Shown piece by piece: positions 28,786 through 36,967 of a stretch of 47,171 nt of DNA. Positions within the stretch are counted from its first letter, which is position 1; the number at the start of each line of letters is the position of its first letter. This DNA is from a virus (lineage: Duplodnaviria > Caudoviricetes): IMG/VR virus record IMGVR_UViG_3300002966_000020, positions 1-47,171 of that record. The stretch is one strand, 5' to 3'. The position numbers and the translations under genes were made by a program. Below the pieces are notes generated by a model. It worked only from the letters and a program-made list of their open reading frames with translations. It did not search any database and was not told where the DNA came from.

Positions 28786-29826
28786 TTAAATTAATATATC
28801 ATTTAAGCATTCTGATACAACAGTAAGTTTATAATATTGTGCAGCCCTTAAAAATCTTCCGTAATGGCTTGACTCAAAAGGTTGCTTCTCGATGCAAGGA
28901 TAGTAAGAAAAGATCTTATTTTCTAAGAAAAGTTTAGCTATGTTTCCTATACCATGAGGCTTGAGTAGTTCAATCGTATCTGAAAACCATGATTTAGCAT
29001 CATATGAAACAAGCATATCTTTCTCACAAAGATCTGTAATATTAAAGTAATTACGTTGAAAATAATAATTAATTTTTGCAGAACATTCCTTAGAATCAAT
29101 TGGAAGAGATTCTATAAATGGCAATAAAAATGATTTAGCCTTAAGCAAAAACCTTTCATATCGTTCTTCTGGATTATCCCCATGATAGAAAGAAGAACTA
29201 TACTTGCAAAATATTTTTCCAAGATACAGAAGAGCAGCTTGTGTTTTCTCAACGTTATCTACTTTAATAATATCACCTCCTCTCTTGAATGACCATCTTA
29301 ACGAGGGTATATCTGGTAACGAATATACAGAAGCATGCCCAAGTGGGGGCAGAAATGTAAAAAGATACTTTAAAAAAGATGAAGCTACTTTACCTCCTTG
29401 TACAACTCTTACTTTGTTATAATAATCATATGTACCAATAAAATTACAATGTGAATATGTATCTGCAATCACATGAGAAACAATACCAAGTAGATATGGA
29501 TCATTAAATGCAAGAGCATATTCAACAATATTTTGTGCAACAGTCCCTTCTGGTACTATATGTAAATCTTTAGAATCAGGTAGAAAGTGAAAAAGAAGTG
29601 TGGTTTCCATTCCTGTATCTTGTGGAATTATTTTTCTAACTTGATATGCTTTGTATCCTGTAGCAATTTGTTTTAATATACGGCCATCATTAAATCGTAG
29701 TGGAAAATCAAGATAATGGTCATCAACATATTGAGAACAGTTTGCAATAATATAACTGTCCTCTGGAGTAATCCCTGCCATTCTAGCTATAACATATACT
29801 AAATCAAAATGAAATTCTGGTCTCAT
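28786..29826 (-). CDS. DUF6765-like protein (zinc phospholipase C/P1-nuclease-like motif spacing)
   Basis: EFH...IARMAG...SQYVDD, FHFLP, LGIVSHVIADTYSH, GHASVYSLPD. Confidence 0.65.
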   Translation of the reverse strand: MRPEFHFDLVYVIARMAGITPEDSYIIANCSQYVDDHYLDFPLRFNDGRILKQIATGYKAYQVRKIIPQDTGMETTLLFHFLPDSKDLHIVPEGTVAQNIVEYALAFNDPYLLGIVSHVIADTYSHCNFIGTYDYYNKVRVVQGGKVASSFLKYLFTFLPPLGHASVYSLPDIPSLRWSFKRGGDIIKVDNVEKTQAALLYLGKIFCKYSSSFYHGDNPEERYERFLLKAKSFLLPFIESLPIDSKECSAKINYYFQRNYFNITDLCEKDMLVSYDAKSWFSDTIELLKPHGIGNIAKLFLENKIFSYYPCIEKQPFESSHYGRFLRAAQYYKLTVVSECLNDILI

Positions 29827-29871
29827 AAGAAATCTCCTTTACTAGATTAGATGTTACTTATACAGTAGCTG

Positions 29872-30465
29872 TTAATTTGTTTTATCAATAATTTTCTGTA
29901 GATGGTTGTGTATTGAATGCAACTTATACGAATAGTTATCAAGACTTTGTACTACACACTTTAATAATCCTAACTTATACTTTTCCTTTGAGAGTCTATC
30001 TTGATATGATTTATATTCATCTTCAAACTCAGAAATAATTAAATTATTTATTGTAGTGGCTGTACGTTGTAATTTTTTTGTACCTTTAAAGTTTCCATCT
30101 TTATCTATAACATTTTCAGTAACGGATTCTAACAATATATATTTTTTAGCATACCATCTTTCAAACTCATCCTCTAGAAGTTGCACAACTTTGGATTGAG
30201 ATTCATACATACAACCATAAATCAAAAGCTTTTGTGGAATCTTACTAACTTCTTCTAAGATGATTTGATCATCATATAAGTCAGTAATAGAGAGTGTAGT
30301 AGCTTCAAATACAAACTCCTCTTCTGGTAATTCCTCATACGAGTAATTTTCTCTAAATACTTTTATACGTTCTTTAATAACACCAAACTGCTCTAGTAAT
30401 CTTAAAAAACTTGCATCTGTTGTTGTAGATTGACTATTAGAAGAGATAAGTTTTCGTGTTTTCAT
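29872..30465 (-). CDS. UvsY-like recombination mediator (helical)
   Basis: EDEFERWYAKKY...LGLLKCVVQSLDNYSYKLHSI helical pattern; RecA/UvsX present in the window. Confidence 0.5.
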   Translation of the reverse strand: MKTRKLISSNSQSTTTDASFLRLLEQFGVIKERIKVFRENYSYEELPEEEFVFEATTLSITDLYDDQIILEEVSKIPQKLLIYGCMYESQSKVVQLLEDEFERWYAKKYILLESVTENVIDKDGNFKGTKKLQRTATTINNLIISEFEDEYKSYQDRLSKEKYKLGLLKCVVQSLDNYSYKLHSIHNHLQKIIDKTN

Positions 30466-30540
30466 AATTTCTCCTTACGTTATACATATAAATATATCAA
30501 AAAATATAAAAATTCAATAAGATAATTTGTTATAATACAA

Positions 30541-31203
30541 ATGATTGATATAAATATGTTATATAGAAATTTAAAAGAAATAAAAGGAAATACTATGCTA
30601 ACCTTATCAAGTCTTAAACGTATCCAATCTTTGATGGAAGAATATAATTTATTGTTTGATTGTTGGGATATTGAAGAACTATACATAAACTTAGGATATC
30701 CCTCACTTACTCCAGGAGATAGAGAAACATACTTTGTTCTAAAAAAGCTTGCAAAGCAAAAAAATAATACTAAAATACGAACATGTGTTATATCTGTAGA
30801 ATATCTAGCACTTATGCTTAATACATCTGAAGAAGGACAAATATCAAGATTAAAAAATCTTAAACGTGAAGGCCTTATAGAAAGTAGTAAACGTATATAT
30901 AACTATAATATGTATTATTTACCTGTAGTAAAACCAACTAAGTCTTTTGCTAAATGTATTATTCACATGATACGCAAAAAACGTATTGAATCCTTAATGC
31001 TTGAATATAAGAAAACAAAATCAGTTGAAAGTAAGTTACAGTTATCACAAGTATTATTAACACAACTACAACGCTATAAAAAATATAAAGACTTTAAAAC
31101 TGTAAAGACTAAAATTGAAAGTATACTACACATCAAGAAACAAAGAAAGCAAACCAATCAGATTCAAAAACAACAAAATAATAAGATTGTTAGAATATCC
31201 TAA
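30541..31203 (+). CDS. winged-helix DNA-binding protein (Rep/regulator-like)
   Basis: SVEYLALMLNTSEEGQISRLKNLKREGLIE...NMYYL wHTH with a basic C-terminus; TGn-TATAAT at 30528-30536; alternative start at 30595 after AAAGGA. Confidence 0.65.
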   Translation: MIDINMLYRNLKEIKGNTMLTLSSLKRIQSLMEEYNLLFDCWDIEELYINLGYPSLTPGDRETYFVLKKLAKQKNNTKIRTCVISVEYLALMLNTSEEGQISRLKNLKREGLIESSKRIYNYNMYYLPVVKPTKSFAKCIIHMIRKKRIESLMLEYKKTKSVESKLQLSQVLLTQLQRYKKYKDFKTVKTKIESILHIKKQRKQTNQIQKQQNNKIVRIS

Positions 31204-32258
31204 ATCTCATGCCTCAATGGTGTAACTAGATCCGCATGCGTAATAATAAATAGATTTGGTCTAGGTAAGTAACAATAAATGTCGTCACCACTAATACGAT
31301 GTATAATACCTATCTCATCTTCAACTAGAACAAACATGTTAGGCTGTAAATCAGAAATATTTGCTTTACTAAAATTTTTAATTTCTTGTAAGTAAAATGT
31401 ATGTATAGGAAATAAGCTATTTCTGTTTGAAAAATAAACAAAGCCTAAACCAGAATCTCTATAAACATTTACAAGAAAACCGACACTACCCTCAAACAAA
31501 GGTTGTTGCAAGAAGTTAGAGTAAGAGACAATAATGTCAAAAGGTAGCATAACTGGAATAATAAATTTCTTCCAATCTACATCTGTAAAACTTGCTTTTC
31601 CAACTTTAACTCGATTTTTTGTTTTCAAGTGAGCTACTGTTTGAGTAATAGATGTATTTAAAACTGAATCTGCATAAATAGGAATTGCAAAGAAGTTTGC
31701 ATATAATAGCTCTTTTCTTTGTTGAATCTCTTCCGGTGTTCCATACAAGGGTAAACCTGGTGCTGTATCAGGAATTTCAGCAGCAGAACTAGGTGGTTGG
31801 CACAGTATATAACATTTGCAACCTGGGTGACTTTGTGTAAAAATTGGTGCTTGTCGTTGTGAAGAAGAAAGAAGTGCTCTTAAATCAAGTGTTAATCCAT
31901 GATAATCATCGCATATATCTCGTTCAACATGAGTTTGCTCATTAAGTAACCACATCCCTGTTGTATATCCTAACGAAACTAGATATTCTAGACAAGGAAG
32001 TGAATTATCATTTTTAAAATTAAATACAATTGAAGTTACTCGAGGCTGTTGTAATTCATCAGGCCTATACTGTTTGGTAGAGGGTACTTCTGGTTGCTGC
32101 TCAAATGTTAGCAAACCTTCATCAGTGACAAACTCACGACCACCTAACTCCTGTGTTTGTATATCCTCAGGAGTTAGCTGTATTGTAGAAGTTAAATCTT
32201 TAGTTACAGAACCAGTAAGCCAATCTGAAACAGTATTCCAAACCTTTTGTAAGTTCAT
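31200..32258 (-). CDS. protein with a Mu gpF/SPP1 gp7-like head-morphogenesis Cys/His motif and SH3-like C-terminus
   Basis: DICDDYHG...SHPGCKCYI resembles the CxxLxG...HPNCRC motif. Confidence 0.45.
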   Translation of the reverse strand: MNLQKVWNTVSDWLTGSVTKDLTSTIQLTPEDIQTQELGGREFVTDEGLLTFEQQPEVPSTKQYRPDELQQPRVTSIVFNFKNDNSLPCLEYLVSLGYTTGMWLLNEQTHVERDICDDYHGLTLDLRALLSSSQRQAPIFTQSHPGCKCYILCQPPSSAAEIPDTAPGLPLYGTPEEIQQRKELLYANFFAIPIYADSVLNTSITQTVAHLKTKNRVKVGKASFTDVDWKKFIIPVMLPFDIIVSYSNFLQQPLFEGSVGFLVNVYRDSGLGFVYFSNRNSLFPIHTFYLQEIKNFSKANISDLQPNMFVLVEDEIGIIHRISGDDIYCYLPRPNLFIITHADLVTPLRHEI

Positions 32259-32485
32259 TATTGTTCTTTTATATCATTCTCTTCAGTTACTGGTACTACA
32301 CCAGAATTCGCAATGATTTCTAGAACAGAATTAACAGCCCGCTCTCTTTCTCCTTCAGGAATCAGATAAAGCACAACTCCCAGCAATCGAATAAGATCAA
32401 TTGTTGATACAGGTTGATTGCTATTAACTCTGATATCTGAATCATCTAGAAATTCCACAGTAATTACTGTATGTTTTGTTTTCAT
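32258..32485 (-). CDS. hypothetical protein
   Basis: Likely start MKTKH at 32485 after AAGGAG (track start 32539). Confidence 0.6.
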   Translation of the reverse strand: MKTKHTVITVEFLDDSDIRVNSNQPVSTIDLIRLLGVVLYLIPEGERERAVNSVLEIIANSGVVPVTEENDIKEQ

Positions 32486-32498
32486 CTCTTTCACTCCT

Positions 32499-33269
32499 TT
32501 ACAGAAGACTTTCAGCATTGGTATACTCACACCCACCACAGTATTTACAATACTTATTAGGTGTTTTTGAAAACCGCTCTTTCTTAATGTTCTCTATAGT
32601 ACTTAAAAATGTATTAAAACATTCTTCTAAGTTAAGTTCTGATGTAGATATGTAATCAGCTTTGTTTTGCTTAACATATCGTAACCCTACTTCTTTAACT
32701 GGTAACTTGTATTTCCTTTGTAATGCAATTGTATACATCGAAAGTTGTAGATTATTTTCTAAAGAATACTGCGTTTCTCCTAGTTTATTATCATACACTT
32801 TCAACCCTTCACCACGTACAAACAATACAATGTCAGCCCTTCCTGTAAAGATAAAATCACCAAAATCTTGTGTAAGATCTAACTCAACACCAAAGGGTTT
32901 TTCTAAACCATATGTTTTTAAATATTCTCTTAAGTAATTACGAAGAGCTATCTTTTGTAGATTCTCTTCTGCAAGAGAAGGATAGTTAAGAAACTTCCAT
33001 GTTTCTTGTTTTGCCAATGTAAACTTCTCCTTAAGTTGTTTTGGTACCCAGAAAGTGGAACATAAAACATCAATATCCTCTTCTGTTATATTATTATATA
33101 TATCACTATTATAGTAAATTTCTTCAAGAATATCAGAAAAACTTAATCCTAATTGTAAATGATATGAGATGCGGTCTGGTAATGTTTTAGTTATATAACG
33201 TAGATAATACTTATAAGGACATTCTAGATATAATTGTATCTTTGATACAGAGAAGGTTGGTTTAATCAT
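32499..33269 (-). CDS. RecB/Cas4-like PD-(D/E)XK exonuclease
   Basis: SVSKIQLYLECPYKY, GRADIV, YDNK, QLSMY and C-terminal CKYCGGC. Confidence 0.88.
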   Translation of the reverse strand: MIKPTFSVSKIQLYLECPYKYYLRYITKTLPDRISYHLQLGLSFSDILEEIYYNSDIYNNITEEDIDVLCSTFWVPKQLKEKFTLAKQETWKFLNYPSLAEENLQKIALRNYLREYLKTYGLEKPFGVELDLTQDFGDFIFTGRADIVLFVRGEGLKVYDNKLGETQYSLENNLQLSMYTIALQRKYKLPVKEVGLRYVKQNKADYISTSELNLEECFNTFLSTIENIKKERFSKTPNKYCKYCGGCEYTNAESLL

Positions 33270-33274
33270 TAACG

Positions 33275-34159
33275 TTAGCCTCTCTCAAGTAGCTGTTTGA
33301 TTGTAACAAGAATTCGAAGATAACCATACCTTGTTGCAAACTTATATAATAGATTTTCGTCAGAAAAATTAAAAGATGACATCAACTTCTCGAATTCAGT
33401 TTGAAGCTCTGATTTTTCAAAAGTTTTTCTTCTTAGAAGTTTTAATATATTTGCATCTGTAACAACTTTTTGTAAAGCTATATCTATATCAGATAACTGT
33501 TCTTCAATATAAGACTTAAATTGTTTTAACTGATGCGGTTGTAATGTTTTCAAGTAATCATACAAAATCATAAAGTCAATGCTCTCTTTTCTAACTTCTT
33601 CTATATCTTTAGCTATCTTATCTAAGAAAGGTTGGGCTTTCTCTTTTGCTATTTCAACAACTTTAAGCATATCTTCATATGAAATATGCTTAGGAGGTTT
33701 TAACCATTGTTGTTTAAAAACTGAGTAAAGAGAATCAAACTTTCGGTAGTTAAGATTTTTTGAATCATCTTGTGATATAAAAAAAGGATCAAGTCTGTGA
33801 TACGTACGCGGAACTTCTACATTTAAAATTCTATTACGACCTAATTCTGTTAGAAATGAACTTATATCTTTAGTATTAACTAACTCAGGTACATATGTAA
33901 GTAACTGCTCAAGTGAGTAAATGATTTTAATATCAAAGTCAGAATACTTCGTATAAAAGTATGAAGCAAGTGAAGAAGCAATTAGTATATCCTTAACAAC
34001 CACCCCTTTAATATATGGTTTAGGCACACTAAGTAGTTGGTTGAAAAAATCATCAACTTTAGAAAGCAAGAAATTTTCAACATCTTTTTTTAGTAGCAGC
34101 GTTGATAAATCCCAGATCTCAGGTGACAGTGTTTCTTGTTGATAATCAATTATGCTCAT
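33275..34159 (-). CDS. DNA pol beta-superfamily nucleotidyltransferase
   Basis: SSLASYFYTKYSDFDIKI (GS...SDxD), YSVFKQQWLKPP, helical C-terminus. Confidence 0.72.
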   Translation of the reverse strand: MSIIDYQQETLSPEIWDLSTLLLKKDVENFLLSKVDDFFNQLLSVPKPYIKGVVVKDILIASSLASYFYTKYSDFDIKIIYSLEQLLTYVPELVNTKDISSFLTELGRNRILNVEVPRTYHRLDPFFISQDDSKNLNYRKFDSLYSVFKQQWLKPPKHISYEDMLKVVEIAKEKAQPFLDKIAKDIEEVRKESIDFMILYDYLKTLQPHQLKQFKSYIEEQLSDIDIALQKVVTDANILKLLRRKTFEKSELQTEFEKLMSSFNFSDENLLYKFATRYGYLRILVTIKQLLERG

Positions 34160-34161
34160 TC

Positions 34162-34305
34162 TTAGTTGCTACCTTTAACAATCTTTATAATCTCTTTTGC
34201 AGCATTTATAAGGTCTGTTTCAGGAATAGAACCTTTTAGATACTTAAACAATATGCTTGAAATAGTTTTCTTTACTTCTTCAATAATTTTTTCTTCATCT
34301 TTCAT
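34162..34305 (-). CDS. small hypothetical protein (47 aa)
   Basis: Below the track cutoff. AAGGAG RBS; MKDEEKIIEEVKKTISSILFKYLKGSIPETDLINAAKEIIKIVKGSN*; fills the operon gap exactly. Confidence 0.65.
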   Translation of the reverse strand: MKDEEKIIEEVKKTISSILFKYLKGSIPETDLINAAKEIIKIVKGSN

Positions 34306-34322
34306 TTTTTATCTCCTTGTTG

Positions 34323-35129
34323 TTAGATTGAATATGCTACATATGTAACAGGTTTATGCAAATCTACAGTATAGATAGGAAGAAGTGCTTCTTTTCCATT
34401 AGGAAAGAAACATATCTCACAGGCTACATATTTTAATGGATATTCTGTAGTATCAATTACTTCAGGTTTATTTTGTGTACTAAAGAAAGATCGTTTTAAT
34501 GAAGTTTCTGGTAAATCATATTGTGCACACAACATAGTGATAATATCATCTTTCTGATACTTTGTACCACTTTGAGCCTCCACAGAAGCAAGATGGTCAA
34601 CAAATCTTGAAAAAGGATAAACTACATAAAATTTCTTAGCTGAAGCTTCTTTTTTAATACGGGAGTTAAAAATTTTAGGAGTGTTGCCCATACCTTTGTA
34701 AGGATCAATATCACTTCTATCATAATCTACTAATCTACCAAATGCTAAAGGTTTGCGTAAGTATGCTTCCTCCTTCCTATCAACTACATATAAAAGGTCA
34801 ATTGGAAGTATCTGAGAGCCTCCTTCATCCCATTTTACCTCAATAGTAAAGCCATCTTTCTTAAGATTAATAATCTTACCAAGTTTACCTGTTAATCTTG
34901 ACCTGACAGTTAATCCAATCTCTGCTTCTTTCTTACTAAGAAAGAGTTCTTTTAGATCTTCTTTCTTTATAGATTTGAGCAAATCCCATACTTCTTCACT
35001 TGCACATATGAATCTTCTGTTTTGTCTATAAAAATTTACAGCTTTATGTATCTTATATTCATCATTTGCATGTAACAAAAGAGATTTAAGTTCTGCTAAA
35101 ATTGCTCGCTCTTTCATTGTAATCCTCAC
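34323..35129 (-). CDS. hypothetical protein with an SH3/KOW-like segment
   Basis: GLTVRSRLTGKLGKIINLKKDGFTIEVKWDEG. Confidence 0.6.
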   Translation of the reverse strand: MRITMKERAILAELKSLLLHANDEYKIHKAVNFYRQNRRFICASEEVWDLLKSIKKEDLKELFLSKKEAEIGLTVRSRLTGKLGKIINLKKDGFTIEVKWDEGGSQILPIDLLYVVDRKEEAYLRKPLAFGRLVDYDRSDIDPYKGMGNTPKIFNSRIKKEASAKKFYVVYPFSRFVDHLASVEAQSGTKYQKDDIITMLCAQYDLPETSLKRSFFSTQNKPEVIDTTEYPLKYVACEICFFPNGKEALLPIYTVDLHKPVTYVAYSI

Positions 35130-35704
35130 TTATATAGTATAATATAGCTTAGTGTTCCTTGTTGGTGTTTATTATGATGTATACCTCTATATATAATTAT
35201 ATCATCAAAGTTGAAATTCTTAACCTCAAAATCTTGTTCTTTTTTCTTCTGCTGAAATAATACTTGATAAATGAATAGATCAGTAAGCTTTTCACTCGTT
35301 GAGGCACAATATACCATATCCTTAATTTTCACTATTATAGACAAATAACTTAGTAACGCGTATAACTCTCCTTTTATTTTAGAATCTTGTATAAGTGAGG
35401 TGTTTATGTCTTCTAGAGCTGTTTGCAACGCATACTCTGCATCACCTTTTAGTAAAAGTACATTAGGATGATAGAATAACCATGTATATACTTCTTCTAC
35501 TGTGAATGGAGGAGATTGTAGTTGAAAAAACTCACCACAACTTATACATACATCAGTATCTGTAAATTTATTTGCGTATAATATCTGCTCAAGCATATCA
35601 ATCTGAGAATAAACATGAGAGATGATAAATACTGTATTGTAACCAGACCATATAGGATTATGTATATAATTATGAAAATTATTAAGTAACATAGTTACTC
35701 TCAT
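35126..35704 (-). CDS. degenerate calcineurin-like metallophosphoesterase
   Basis: FIISHVYS / CISCGEFF / LLKGDAEY align to DxHG / GDxxDRG / GNHE, with the metal ligands substituted. Confidence 0.5.
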   Translation of the reverse strand: MRVTMLLNNFHNYIHNPIWSGYNTVFIISHVYSQIDMLEQILYANKFTDTDVCISCGEFFQLQSPPFTVEEVYTWLFYHPNVLLLKGDAEYALQTALEDINTSLIQDSKIKGELYALLSYLSIIVKIKDMVYCASTSEKLTDLFIYQVLFQQKKKEQDFEVKNFNFDDIIIYRGIHHNKHQQGTLSYIILYK

Positions 35705-36954
35705 ACAAAAATATACGCTTTGCCCGCACCTGAAATTCCACCTGGGTTAGCATAATACGCACCTATAATTGCTACGTTTCCTGAAATTGAGACAGAGCAG
35801 CCGAAGAAGTCATTCGTTGCTTTGTCAGAAGCTATCAAAATAGCTTCCTGTATCCACGAGGTTCCATTGTATCTAAAAATGTAGGCTTTGCCCGCATGTG
35901 AAATTCCACCTGGGCTAGCAAAATACGCACCCACAATTGCTACATTTCCTGAAATTGAGACAGAGCAGCCAAAGTAGTCAGTTGCTGCTTTATCAGAAGC
36001 TGTCAAAATAGCTTCCTGTATCCACGAGGTTCCATTGTATCTAAAAATGTAGGCTTTGCCTGCAGCTGAAATTCCACCTGGGTCAGCAATAATCGCACCT
36101 ACAATTGCTACATTTCCTGAAATTGAGACAGAGTTGCCAAACTGGTCATACGCTGCTTTGTCAGAAGCTGTCAAAATAGCTTCCTGTATCCATGAGGTTC
36201 CATTGTATCTAAAAATGTAAGCTTTGCCCGCATTTGAAAGTCCACCTGTGTCAGCAAGATACGAACCTATAATTGCTACGTTTCCTGAAATTGAGACAGA
36301 GTAGCCGAAGTTGTCATACTCTGCTTTGTCAGAAGCTGTCAAGATTTGAAACTCACTGTTTGGAACTGCATTAATGTTGAAACTCACTGCACTTGACCAT
36401 TGTGAATACCTGTTATTTGAATCTTTATATCTGACTCTAATATAATATGTATTATCAGACGGCACTGTAATTTGAATTGAGGTTTTATTAGTTGTGTTAT
36501 TCAAACTTTGAAAAACAATGTTTGAAAAAGCAGAATCAGTTGCAACTTGCCAATCGGAAGAAACATGCAGTGAACCAGAAGAAGACGAAAATGGAGAAGA
36601 AGTTGCAGTGAATGTAAAGTCATTGATAGTCAAACCTGTAGTTGGATACGTAATTGAGGGTGTTTCTGGTACTATTACTACTCGTATGATATAGGAATAT
36701 ACTAAACCACTCCTTTTCAATGTAAATGTATAATCACCTTGAGTAGTACCTATAGGTATCGACCAAGAAATAGTGTTATCAGTTATTGTGGCACTACCAA
36801 ATGGAACTTCTATTTCATATGTATAAAGATTACTGTAGTCTGTAATAGTATATTCAACTGTACTACCTGTTTCAAGTTCTACTGGACCTGCTAAGTTTGG
36901 TGCTGTGCTTTCAAGTCCTTGTTTCCATTTATTATAGATCATAGTTTTATTCAT
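35701..36954 (-). CDS. Ig/FN3 + FG-GAP repeat protein (putative virion adhesin or receptor-binding protein)
   Basis: SDWQVATDSAFSNIV...YYIRVRYKD...SQWS (FN3-like), then about four 56-aa FG-GAP blades (FGxSVSISG...GA...AGKAYIF); likely start MNKTM at 36954 (track start 36990). Confidence 0.85.
   Translation of the reverse strand: MNKTMIYNKWKQGLESTAPNLAGPVELETGSTVEYTITDYSNLYTYEIEVPFGSATITDNTISWSIPIGTTQGDYTFTLKRSGLVYSYIIRVVIVPETPSITYPTTGLTINDFTFTATSSPFSSSSGSLHVSSDWQVATDSAFSNIVFQSLNNTTNKTSIQITVPSDNTYYIRVRYKDSNNRYSQWSSAVSFNINAVPNSEFQILTASDKAEYDNFGYSVSISGNVAIIGSYLADTGGLSNAGKAYIFRYNGTSWIQEAILTASDKAAYDQFGNSVSISGNVAIVGAIIADPGGISAAGKAYIFRYNGTSWIQEAILTASDKAATDYFGCSVSISGNVAIVGAYFASPGGISHAGKAYIFRYNGTSWIQEAILIASDKATNDFFGCSVSISGNVAIIGAYYANPGGISGAGKAYIFV
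35707..36345. repeat. about 3.8 tandem copies of a 168-bp unit
   Basis: GCTTTGCC recurs at 35717, 35885, 36053 and 36221; units are near-identical and visibly more GC-rich than the flanks. Confidence 0.97.
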
Positions 36955-36967
36955 AATAACACCCCAC

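Noticed and set aside
30480-30686. 68-aa minus-strand hydrophobic ORF
   Set aside because: It overlaps the plus-strand wHTH gene and its promoter; the hydrophobicity is explained by AT-rich antisense sequence.
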